In this document: positions 36,541 to 45,274 of the stretch, piece by piece
Layout of the letters: every line of letters begins with the position of its first letter
Numbering within the stretch: the stretch's first letter is position 1
Program-made: the position numbers and the translations under genes
Source of the DNA: Nitrospinales bacterium
GTDB lineage: Bacteria > Nitrospinota > Nitrospinia > Nitrospinales > VA-1
Direction of reading: 5' to 3'
Length of the DNA: 64,000 bases
NCBI GenBank assembly: GCA_965223345.1
Contig: CBDCWG010000012.1
Span: forward strand, 1,952,001 to 2,016,000
Notes under the pieces: generated by a model
Told to the model about the DNA's origin: nothing
Databases searched by the model: none
Seen by the model: the letters and a program-made list of their open reading frames with translations, nothing else

Positions 36541-36610
36541 TGTCGTCCTGAGTCCTTCGGCAGAACTTGTCCTGAGCTTGCCGAAGGACTCAGGATGGCT
36601 CAGGGTGCTG
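36541..36610. repeat. REP-like nested palindrome (same family as 16821-16866)
   Basis: tcctgagtccttcggca...tgccgaaggactcagga between convergent genes. Confidence 0.75.
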
Positions 36611-36622
36611 CCCTTCCGGTTG

Positions 36623-37723
36623 TCAATCCAGAGGAAAGGTCATCACGATGCCGCCCATGACGTCGTTGAGTTTGAAATCCTTTTTCGGGCTCTCGGGATG
36701 GTTGTTGTGGCAGCTCACGCAGGCCTGGGTGACCGCGAAGTCCGGGTACACCGCCTGAAAATATGTCCGGCCTCCCACCGTGCGGTGGTCGTGGAACGGC
36801 CGGGTCGGGTGGCGGATGACGTACTTCAGGCCGTTGCGTTCGAACTCGTTGGCTGGGCCGTTGTGCTTGTTGATGGGCCAGGAGCTGATGAGCTTGAAGT
36901 CCAGGCCCAGGTCCTTGTTGAGGATCAGGTCGGAAGCGTTGAGCAGAAACTGCGCCGGCAGCAGCAGCGCGTTGTCCTCCCACCAGTTTTCCGAAGCGAA
37001 GACGATGTTTTTTCCCTGCAGACGGTTGACGATGTATTCCGAGTAGACCTTGCGGTCCGAATCGAGGACGGAATGGATGTAATCGGCGACCACCTCCGAA
37101 GGGATGAGGATGTCGTTTTCATCCTTGACGTTTTTGATGTTGTCCACCGGCATGGTGATCGAGATGCCGCCCATGACGTCGTTGAGTTTGAAGTCGTTTT
37201 TGGAGGTCTGGGGGTGGTTGTTGTGGCAGTTGACGCAGGCTTTGGTGACCGCCTTGTCCGGATACAGGGCTTTGTAGAAGGTCTTTCCCCGCACCAGCAC
37301 GGTTTTCGCGTAGGGCTTGTCGGGGTTTTTCGCCACTTCCTCCAGCCCCTTTTTTTCGAACTGGGTCTGCGGGCCGTTTTTGGGGTTGATCGGCCAGAGG
37401 CTGAGCAGCCGGTAGGTCATACCCACTTCCCGGGCGTTGGAGGTCTGCGAGGACAGCAGCAGAAACTGCGCCGGAAGCAGCAGGGTGTCTTCTTTTTCCC
37501 AGTGTTCCGTGGCTTTGAGGTCGATGGTCACGCCCATGCGTTCGACGATCACTTCCGAATAGATCGTCCTGCCTGCTTCGATGACCGAATGGATGTATTC
37601 CGCGGCGACGCGGGCGGGGATGCCGCGTTTGTTCTCCTGCGCCGCAAGCGAGCGCGGCACGCAGGTCAGGATGGATAGAACGAACAGCCAGGCCAAAAAC
37701 CGGACACAAGATCGTGTGCGCAT
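36623..37723 (-). CDS. Periplasmic protein with two tandem DUF3365 (Tll0287-like) c-heme domains
   Basis: Signal peptide; two homologous halves (YIHSV...LLPAQFLL...WPIN...CVNCH / CVSCH...FKLNDVMGGI). Confidence 0.88.
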   Translation of the reverse strand: MRTRSCVRFLAWLFVLSILTCVPRSLAAQENKRGIPARVAAEYIHSVIEAGRTIYSEVIVERMGVTIDLKATEHWEKEDTLLLPAQFLLLSSQTSNAREVGMTYRLLSLWPINPKNGPQTQFEKKGLEEVAKNPDKPYAKTVLVRGKTFYKALYPDKAVTKACVNCHNNHPQTSKNDFKLNDVMGGISITMPVDNIKNVKDENDILIPSEVVADYIHSVLDSDRKVYSEYIVNRLQGKNIVFASENWWEDNALLLPAQFLLNASDLILNKDLGLDFKLISSWPINKHNGPANEFERNGLKYVIRHPTRPFHDHRTVGGRTYFQAVYPDFAVTQACVSCHNNHPESPKKDFKLNDVMGGIVMTFPLD

Positions 37724-37794
37724 GATTTTCCCAGGTCGAAAGTTGTCTTGCGAGGTTCGGACCGCAAACACAGAATGCGTCGGTTGCAGAAACC

Positions 37795-37827
37795 GGGGCC
37801 GTCCCTGAGGACGGCCCCCTCGTTTTT
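37795..37827. terminator. GC-rich hairpin, terminator-like
   Basis: ggggccgtcc-ctga-ggacggcccc followed by a T-run on the + strand. Confidence 0.45.
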
Positions 37828-37853
37828 GAGCATTGTAACGTTTTCGGCGCGCT

Positions 37854-37994
37854 TCACTCAATGTGCTTGCGGGTGAAAAAGAAGATGGCGATGCCGATCA
37901 CGGCGATTCCCGCCACGATCATCATTGCCGTCATGTCGCTGCCGAAATCCAGCCATTGCATGGTGCTTTCAGGTTTCGTATCCAGTTGATTCAC
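37854..37994 (-). CDS. 46-aa single-TM small protein (absent from ORF track)
   Basis: AAGGAGG RBS and GTG start; MNQLDTKPESTMQWLDFGSDMTAMMIVAGIAVIGIAIFFFTRKHIE*. Confidence 0.6.
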   Translation of the reverse strand: MNQLDTKPESTMQWLDFGSDMTAMMIVAGIAVIGIAIFFFTRKHIE

Positions 37995-38319
37995 GGTGAC
38001 GGTCCTCCTTTTGACTTAAATGAATGAATGACTTCAATGGCATTTCTGTCAAAATGTCACTCTGGAGACCTATCCTCACAATTTCGTCCCCGGCCCGGAT
38101 TTTGTCAATAGACAATGGACGCCTTCGGGGCCGGGAAGCGGCTCCGGAATGTGCCGCTGGCGGCGCGAAAACGCCGCTTTTTTTATCGGAAGGCCATGAT
38201 TTTATTTTGCTAGGCCATTCTTTGGGGATGGCTATAATGAGTCCGCCGGATGCGCACAGACTGCCCGGAAACCGGGCATCCGGCGGGGGGCCGATTCATT
38301 AACGACGGGGATGCATTGA

Positions 38320-40323
38320 ATGGAACAGATCATCAAGGATTTGGCGATTCTTCTCCTGGTTTCGCTGCCGATCAACATCGTTTTCCATAAAATCAAGCTC
38401 CCTTCCATCATGGGGTTCCTGGTGGCCGGCATGATCATCGGCCCCAGCGGGCTGCAATTGATTGAGGCCACCGAGTCGGTGGAAAAACTGGCGGAGATCG
38501 GAGTGATCCTGCTGCTGTTCGTGATCGGGCTGGAATTTTCCCTGCGCTACCTGCTGAAAAACCTGGCGGTGGTGCTTGGGGTCGGATTTTTGCAGCTCGG
38601 GCTGACGGGGGTCCTGGTGTTTTTCGCCTTCGACGCCTTGGAATTTCCGTTGAACCAGAGCGTGCTGATGGCGCTTTTGATTCCTCTGAGCAGCACGGCG
38701 GTGGTGCTCAAGATGATCACCGACCGCGCTGAGATCGACACGCTGCACGGCCGCATCTGCATCGGAACCCTGCTTTTTCAGGATCTGTGCGTGGTCCCGA
38801 TGATGCTGGTGATCCCGTTGCTCGCGCGATCGGGGGACCTTTCGCCGGTGGATTTCGGCATCGCGCTCACCAAATCGATCGCCGCGGTGGCGGTCATCTT
38901 TTTTCTGGCGCGCCTTATCGTGCCGCGTTCCCTGGAGGCCATCGCCAGAATGGGGAACAAGGAGCACCTGACGCTGTTCGTCATCTTCATCATCCTGGGA
39001 ACGGGCTGGGTTTCCGAGAGCATGGGCCTGACTCTGGCGATGGGGGCGTTCATCGCCGGGATGATCATCTCCGAATCCGAGTACAGCCACCAGATTGTGC
39101 TAGACATCCTGCCGCTCAAGGATTACTTCGTCAGCATCTTCTTCATCTCCGTCGGTATGCTGCTTCAGGTCGAGGTGTTTTTCGCGTCGGCGGGCGTTTT
39201 TCTCAAATGGACCTTTGCTGCGATCGGCCTCAAGCTGGCGGTGGCGTTCTTCGCAGCCCTCATATTCAGCCGGTCTTTCCGCAACGCGCTCATCGTCGGC
39301 GTGCGTCTGGCGCAGGTGGGGGAATTTTCCCTGTTGCTGGCGGCGCTAGCCCTGAAGAAGGGATTGTTCCTGCCGGAGCAGTACCAGTCGTTTTTGATCG
39401 TCTCCATCCTGACGCTGCTGTCGGCGCCCCTGCTCATTCAGGTTTCGGCGGGGGCGGCGATGGCGCTGCAATCGCTTTTCAGCGGCAAACCGGTTGCGGA
39501 GGAGGAAACCGCTCTCGCGGAAGAGACGCAGATCTCCGATCACGTCATCATCTGCGGGTTCGGTCTGGTGGGGCGCAATCTTTCGCGGGTGCTCAAGGAA
39601 ACCAACACACCGTTCGTGGTGCTCGACCTGGACGGGGAGATCATCCGCCAGGCGCTGCAGCAGGACATTCAGGCCCAGTTCGGCGACTACACACAGCGCG
39701 AAACGCTGATCCGCGCGGGCATCCACAAGGCGCGGATGATCGTGTTCACCGTGCCCGACACGCTGGCGGCGGAGCAGGCGGTGCGGCTCTCGCGCAGCCT
39801 CAATCCGGATGTCTATATCCTGGTGCGGGTTCCCTACGCGTCCCAAGTCGAGGAGATGAACGCAGCCGGAGCCGATCAGGTGATCCCGGAGGAATTCGAG
39901 ACCTCGGTGGAGATTTTTTCCCGCGTCCTGCGGGAATACCACATTCCCAACAACGTGATCGAGCAGCAGGTGGAGCTGGCGCGGCTGGAGGGCTACAGCA
40001 TGTTTCGCGGGCTGTCGCTGAACCTGGAGAGCATGCAGAAGTTTTCCACCTACCTCACGGCGAGCCTCACCGAATCCTTCCACGTGCAGGAGGATTCGTG
40101 GTGCCATGAAAAATCGGTCGCCGAGCTGGGGCTCACGACCGGCGCCGACGCCAAGCTGATTGCGGTGGTGCGCGGAAACGACATCCACGCCAACCCGGAG
40201 GAAGCGTTTCGGCTGCGGATGGGGGACATCGTCATTTTATTCGGCCGGCACGCGCCGCTCAACCGGTCCATCCGCACGCTGCGTTTTGGAACGGAGGACC
40301 CAAAGAAAAATCAGGAAGGATAA
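38320..40323 (+). CDS. CPA2 cation:proton antiporter with TrkA-N/TrkA-C domains (KefB/KefC-like)
   Basis: LAEIGVILLLFVIGLEFS, LLFQDL, LAQVGEFS, HVIICGFGLVG. Confidence 0.92.
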   Translation: MEQIIKDLAILLLVSLPINIVFHKIKLPSIMGFLVAGMIIGPSGLQLIEATESVEKLAEIGVILLLFVIGLEFSLRYLLKNLAVVLGVGFLQLGLTGVLVFFAFDALEFPLNQSVLMALLIPLSSTAVVLKMITDRAEIDTLHGRICIGTLLFQDLCVVPMMLVIPLLARSGDLSPVDFGIALTKSIAAVAVIFFLARLIVPRSLEAIARMGNKEHLTLFVIFIILGTGWVSESMGLTLAMGAFIAGMIISESEYSHQIVLDILPLKDYFVSIFFISVGMLLQVEVFFASAGVFLKWTFAAIGLKLAVAFFAALIFSRSFRNALIVGVRLAQVGEFSLLLAALALKKGLFLPEQYQSFLIVSILTLLSAPLLIQVSAGAAMALQSLFSGKPVAEEETALAEETQISDHVIICGFGLVGRNLSRVLKETNTPFVVLDLDGEIIRQALQQDIQAQFGDYTQRETLIRAGIHKARMIVFTVPDTLAAEQAVRLSRSLNPDVYILVRVPYASQVEEMNAAGADQVIPEEFETSVEIFSRVLREYHIPNNVIEQQVELARLEGYSMFRGLSLNLESMQKFSTYLTASLTESFHVQEDSWCHEKSVAELGLTTGADAKLIAVVRGNDIHANPEEAFRLRMGDIVILFGRHAPLNRSIRTLRFGTEDPKKNQEG

Positions 40324-40356
40324 ACGCCAAGAAGAACCGCAACAGGGGAGAAAAGC

Positions 40357-40824
40357 ATGAAGGTGAAAGAGCTGATGACGAAGGAAGTGATGACCGTCGA
40401 TGTGGAGGATAAGGTGGACAAGGTGTTTTATCTTTTCAACTTTCAGAATATCCGCCACGTGCCCGTGCTTGAAAATGGCAAGCTGGCGGGCATCCTGTCG
40501 GACCGGGATCTGAAAAAAGTCCTGGGGCCGGTGAAAAAATCCGTGCAGAAACTCGACGGCACGTCGATCACGATTTCCGCCCGCAAAGTGAAGACGATCA
40601 TGAGGCGGCGGCCGGTCACCGTCGAGCCGGAGCAACGGGCGGCGGACGCGGCGGCCATCATGGCGAAACGCAAAATCGGGGCGCTGCCGGTGGTGCACAA
40701 GGGAAAGCTGGTCGGCATTCTCACCTCCACCGACATTCTCAAGGCCTTCGTCAAGCTCTGCAATCTGCTGGAACCCTTCGGTAAGACGGAAAAGACGGAA
40801 AAGGCGGCGAAGAAGCGGAAGTGA
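40357..40824 (+). CDS. CBS-pair protein (AcuB-like)
   Basis: VKELMTKEV, IRHVPV, GILSDRD, IGALPVV, GILTSTD. Confidence 0.9.
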   Translation: MKVKELMTKEVMTVDVEDKVDKVFYLFNFQNIRHVPVLENGKLAGILSDRDLKKVLGPVKKSVQKLDGTSITISARKVKTIMRRRPVTVEPEQRAADAAAIMAKRKIGALPVVHKGKLVGILTSTDILKAFVKLCNLLEPFGKTEKTEKAAKKRK

Positions 40825-40836
40825 AAAGGTCCGGGC

Positions 40837-41877
40837 TCAGCCCTTGTATTTGGAGGCCAGCGAGTAGCGTTCCATCAGGTAGCCGAGGCAGTCCTGATGC
40901 ACGATGGTTTCGTTGGTGGTGAACATCGAGGGCACGACCGAGCGTTTGAGGCGGATCTCCCCATCCTGATACTGAATGTATTTCCCCTCCACGTCGCAGT
41001 CGTTTTCATCGAGAACGGTGAGCTTCAGATCGTCGTTGTGACGCCAGCCCAGCAGCGTGTCTTCCGGAAGTTCGGCGAAATTGTTGCCGTCGATGTTGTC
41101 GATGAATGAAAAATCCAGATCGCCCGTGGAATGATTGAATCCGATGCGGCTTTGCTTGGGCACGTGGATGCGGGCGATGCTGTGATAGATGTAAAGATCC
41201 TCTTCGTGCACCGGGAAATCGGGGACCGATTCGAGGTGCAGGCATTTTTCCAGAAATTCGAAGACGTGCTGCACGCCGTAGGCGTCGTCCGGCTTGCCGC
41301 TTTCGACGGTGATCGACGGGCAATGGTCGGACATGGCCCGGGACAGCACTTCTTTGGGACGGGTGAAGTAGACCAGGGTCGGGCTGTAGAGCCGCCCCAG
41401 ATGCACGAACGCCGGGTCGAGCCGGTTGAGGCAGGCGTAGTGCGGGTTGCGGCCCGAGGTGTTGTGGATGTCGATGCAGGCAAAAACGGGTTCCCGCTTC
41501 ATGCGGCTGAGCACCTCGCGCGCCAGCGCGTGCTCGGGCGTGGTTCCTCCCTGCCAGATGCGGTTGTAATCCGGCTGCCAGGAAAAGCGCCGCCGGTTCT
41601 CTCGCGCCGCTTGCACATTCCCCACGAAGATGGCGACGCTGCGCGGCAGCGCGCCTTTCTCAGGATTGTATTTTTGCAGCAGTTTTTGCAGCGCGGCGAC
41701 GCCGGTGGGCTCGTTGCCGTGCAGCAGCGTGGCGATGAAAAGCGGAGGGCCCGCCTTGCCTTTCAGATGAATGAGGGACGGTCCGGGCAGCACCGCATGC
41801 AGCCCGTTTACCGGAGTGTCGAGAAAGCCCTCTGGAATGGATTCGAACGTGTGCAGTTTGACTTCTAGATTTCCCAT
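40837..41877 (-). CDS. M14-like metallopeptidase (succinylglutamate desuccinylase/aspartoacylase family)
   Basis: LLHGNEPTG, DYNRIW, IDIHNT, TVESG. Confidence 0.85.
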   Translation of the reverse strand: MGNLEVKLHTFESIPEGFLDTPVNGLHAVLPGPSLIHLKGKAGPPLFIATLLHGNEPTGVAALQKLLQKYNPEKGALPRSVAIFVGNVQAARENRRRFSWQPDYNRIWQGGTTPEHALAREVLSRMKREPVFACIDIHNTSGRNPHYACLNRLDPAFVHLGRLYSPTLVYFTRPKEVLSRAMSDHCPSITVESGKPDDAYGVQHVFEFLEKCLHLESVPDFPVHEEDLYIYHSIARIHVPKQSRIGFNHSTGDLDFSFIDNIDGNNFAELPEDTLLGWRHNDDLKLTVLDENDCDVEGKYIQYQDGEIRLKRSVVPSMFTTNETIVHQDCLGYLMERYSLASKYKG

Positions 41878-43304
41878 CGATATACCGGAAGATTCTGTTT
41901 CTGGAATTCGTAATAACTCTCTGTCATTTTCTGAAAATCGTTGCCGTTGGCGGCGATGAAGGCCCGCTGCCAGGTGGCGCCGTTTTGCCCGCCGCGCAGC
42001 CGGTTCGCCATGATCTCGCCGATGTAATGATCGATGTCTGCCTGCAGCAGACCGGCGGATTGCAGCCCCTGCTCTGCGGCGGGAAGCAGCACCTCGGTCA
42101 GCACGCTGCGGATCGGCATCGGGTCCGCATTGCGGGCCCATTTGATCTTCGCGTCAAGCCCAAGCCTGGCGGCCTGGTAAAAGTTTTCCCTGGCGTCCTC
42201 AAAAGAAATGTCGTGTTCCAGCGGCGTTTCGCGGGCGACGAAATGCTGGACCATGCCGACGAAGAAGGCGACGTTGGCGATGGTGTCACACAGGCTGGGG
42301 CCGGCGGCGGGCACGCGGTGTTCGATTCGCAAATGCGGTTTGCCGTCGCTGCTCAGGCCGATGAGCGGGCGGGTCCAGCGCCAGATGGTGCCGTTGTGCA
42401 GCCTCAGGTGGTTGAGCCAGTTGGAGTCCTCATTGTACACGAGTGGCAGCAGAACGGGAAACCCGTCCAGGTTTTCCAGAAACGGCTCGAGGACGGAGTT
42501 CTTGCAGTAGCCGGTTCCGAACGTGACGCGCCCGATGCTTCTGCCGCTCGGGTCGGGAAAGCTCGCCACCGACACCGACTGCTCGAACGTGGGGATGCGG
42601 GTCTCGTCCCACAGATCCTTGCCGAAGAGATACGGGGAATTGGCGGCCGCTGCCACCATCGGGGCGGAAAGGATCTGCGACAGGTTGTAGTGGCGCACCG
42701 CATCCGCCGGGTTGACCTGCAGGTGGATCTGCAGGGAGGTGGCGGCGGACTCCAGCATGACGTTGTTGTGCTCCACGCGCAAAGAATCGCGCCCGTCGAT
42801 TTTGAGATTGAGCGGTTTTCCTCCCCGAAGCTTCAACACCTGCCGGTTGAGCGCCTGATAGCGGTTGAGCGGCGACATGTTGTCCATGTGCAGCACGTCG
42901 TCGCGGACGGTGGGCAGGATGCCGATGGCCATCACTTTGGACTGCAGCTCCTGCGCGTGGCGCTCGCAGGTTTCCCACACCCGGGCCAGTTCGTTTTCCA
43001 GGCGGCTGAGCAGGGCGCCCGCAACCGGATGCGGCGTGCTGTTGATTTCGAAGTTGAACTTGGCCAGCTCCGGAACCACAAGATGGCTGTTTACGTTCTC
43101 GAGGAAATTCTCGTTGATGGGGGCGGGGTGGAACTGACCGTCCACCAGCCAGGCTTCCAGCTCGAAACCGCAGCGGGTTCCGGAGTTTTCGAAGTCGTTG
43201 TCCTGAAACCAGTTCATGAGAACGCGGGTCTCATCCCGCAGCCTCACTTTGAATTCGCGGATGTCTTCGCTGGTAAAATCGCAGCTTGTGATTTCATCGC
43301 CCAT
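41865..43304 (-). CDS. Glutamate-cysteine ligase family 2 (GCS2)-like COOH-NH2 ligase
   Basis: GFELE, ELAKFNFEIN, TSLQIHLQV, ANSPY, ETRIP, HNGTIWRWTRP, RIEHRVPAAGP. Confidence 0.85.
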   Translation of the reverse strand: MGDEITSCDFTSEDIREFKVRLRDETRVLMNWFQDNDFENSGTRCGFELEAWLVDGQFHPAPINENFLENVNSHLVVPELAKFNFEINSTPHPVAGALLSRLENELARVWETCERHAQELQSKVMAIGILPTVRDDVLHMDNMSPLNRYQALNRQVLKLRGGKPLNLKIDGRDSLRVEHNNVMLESAATSLQIHLQVNPADAVRHYNLSQILSAPMVAAAANSPYLFGKDLWDETRIPTFEQSVSVASFPDPSGRSIGRVTFGTGYCKNSVLEPFLENLDGFPVLLPLVYNEDSNWLNHLRLHNGTIWRWTRPLIGLSSDGKPHLRIEHRVPAAGPSLCDTIANVAFFVGMVQHFVARETPLEHDISFEDARENFYQAARLGLDAKIKWARNADPMPIRSVLTEVLLPAAEQGLQSAGLLQADIDHYIGEIMANRLRGGQNGATWQRAFIAANGNDFQKMTESYYEFQKQNLPVYRWEI

Positions 43305-43415
43305 GATGTGCGCCTGCTGCCGGTTTGAAACCGGTGTGTGGACAAAAGGTTCCTCGCTTGCGGAACCGCTGGGATCTTTGCATGCGTTCGCTGGCCAAAA
43401 AGCAGAGTATCTCGA

Positions 43416-43444
43416 TGTCACCCTTCGACGAGCTCAGGGTGACA
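43416..43444. repeat. REP-like palindrome (same family as 16750-16778)
   Basis: tgtcacccttcgacgagctcagggtgaca. Confidence 0.75.
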
Positions 43445-43540
43445 AGCATATCACTAAATACAACGATCTCCGGACGGTGTTCCGCCCGGATCTCCTTTAT
43501 TATTATGAGGCTAGGCCGACGGGGGAGCAACCGCGAATTG

Positions 43541-44482
43541 TCAGGATTCGACCGGGGCGGCGTCATCTTCGGCCAGATCGGCAAAATCGTCGATGTAATC
43601 CTGGATGCGCTGCAGCAGGTGGGATCTCTGGGGAGGCGTCAATATTCCGTCGATATTGACCAGAATCTGCTTCCATTCGGCGTTGCGGCGCCGCACCTGG
43701 TCCATGAATTCCGGGCTCCAGCGGATTTCGGGCTTCTGCGTCCATTCGATGAGCCGGGCGTCGATTTCGGCAGCCGAACTTTTTTCCTCCAGCAGGGCGG
43801 CGAAGCTCTGCTGAAACTTGCGGCGGTTTTTCAAGCGGTTTTCGATCCAGGACCGCTCGAGCGTGACCCAGCCGCGTATCCGCTCTTTCTGCGCGTCTTC
43901 CAGGTGGCCGGTCCATTTCGCCATCACCTTGAGCAGCCAGTCCTGGGCGTCGGTCTGCATCTCCGCATCGGTCATCGCGAGCTGCTTGATGAGAAACTCG
44001 TTGCCTTCCTCCAGTTTGACTTTCAAATGCGCGATCTGACCGGTCTCCAGGGTGGTCAGAAACTCGGCGAAGTCCGGCGAGAAATGGATGAAAAACCGTT
44101 TGAAAAAGTTGCGGTGGTCCTCCTGCAGCCAGTCGATGTCCTCCGGTTTCAACCCGCTTCCGATACGCGACTTCAGCTGTTTCAACGTATCCACGATGGC
44201 GGGCAGCTCGTTTTTGCGGTGCCAGACGAACAGCCGGTCGATCCGTTCTTCCAGAAAAGACTGCTGCGTGGCGTTGACATCGAAATACTTGTCGATGGTG
44301 CGCAGGATGAACCAGTCGGAAAAGTGGTAGGCGATCTTGGTTTTGCTGCAGCCCATTGTCAACAAGGCGCCGGCCGCCAGCACAATCCACAAACAGCGCG
44401 TGAGTTTTTGCGCGGGCCGTTTTTTTAAATGCGGGCGGCGAGCGGATTCATTCGGAGTTGAGTGCAACACATTCACTGTCAT
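43541..44482 (-). CDS. DUF6279-like lipoprotein
   Basis: Lipobox LTMGC, then AYHFSDW...WHRKNELP; helical; start uncertain. Confidence 0.7.
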   Translation of the reverse strand: MTVNVLHSTPNESARRPHLKKRPAQKLTRCLWIVLAAGALLTMGCSKTKIAYHFSDWFILRTIDKYFDVNATQQSFLEERIDRLFVWHRKNELPAIVDTLKQLKSRIGSGLKPEDIDWLQEDHRNFFKRFFIHFSPDFAEFLTTLETGQIAHLKVKLEEGNEFLIKQLAMTDAEMQTDAQDWLLKVMAKWTGHLEDAQKERIRGWVTLERSWIENRLKNRRKFQQSFAALLEEKSSAAEIDARLIEWTQKPEIRWSPEFMDQVRRRNAEWKQILVNIDGILTPPQRSHLLQRIQDYIDDFADLAEDDAAPVES

Positions 44483-44698
44483 GTCGATTTTTTTTTTTGG
44501 ATAGGCGCTGATAAAGAAATTATAAGCTACTTCTGAAAAATTTGGCATGAATTTCCTTTGAATCCAAAGCATCATTCACACTCAGTCATGCAAAGGCTGT
44601 GTTCCCTGGATTGGAAATTTTTTCATTACGTTGTAAACTGTGCCCGCCGGAAAACGTTTCCTGTTTTCACTCTCTCCATCTCACCTGAGGAACACATT

Positions 44699-45199
44699 AT
44701 GCTGCGTCAAACCCTGAAAGTGTTCAAGGCCCTGAACTCCGACGCCAAGCCCTGGCAGTTGAGCCTGGGCATCGTTTTCGGATCCTTTCTGGGCTTGACG
44801 CCTCTGTTGAATCTCCACAATGCGGTGCTGCTGTTCCTGGCGTTCATCATCACGTTGAACATCGGCCTCATGTTCCTGAGTTTCGCGTTTTTCTCGGGTG
44901 TGGCGTACCTTCTCGATCCGCTGTTTCACAAAATCGGCTATGCGGTGTTGACCAAAGAAACGCTGCGTCCGTTCTGGACCGATTTTTTCAGCTCCCCGCT
45001 GGCGGTGTTGAGCAACCTCAACAACTCGATCGTGCTGGGGAGCCTGATCTTTTCGGCGCTGTTTGCGATCCCGCTTTTTCTGGTCAGCAATGTACTGGTG
45101 CAAAAATACCGGGACAACATCCAGGAATTTCTGGACAAGATCCCTCTCATTCGATCCATGAAAATCGTGAAAACCTATCAGACCATCGCGGGGGATTGA
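44699..45199 (+). CDS. TIGR03546-family membrane protein
   Basis: ALNSDAKPWQLSLG...GLTP...LDPLFHKIG...NNSIVLGS; paired with the next gene. Confidence 0.8.
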   Translation: MLRQTLKVFKALNSDAKPWQLSLGIVFGSFLGLTPLLNLHNAVLLFLAFIITLNIGLMFLSFAFFSGVAYLLDPLFHKIGYAVLTKETLRPFWTDFFSSPLAVLSNLNNSIVLGSLIFSALFAIPLFLVSNVLVQKYRDNIQEFLDKIPLIRSMKIVKTYQTIAGD

Positions 45200-45274
45200 G
45201 CGCTTGATTGTGTGGGCGTGTTTTTTCTTCCTGGTGTTTGCGTGCAATTGTCAAACGACCGTCGGAGTTGAACG

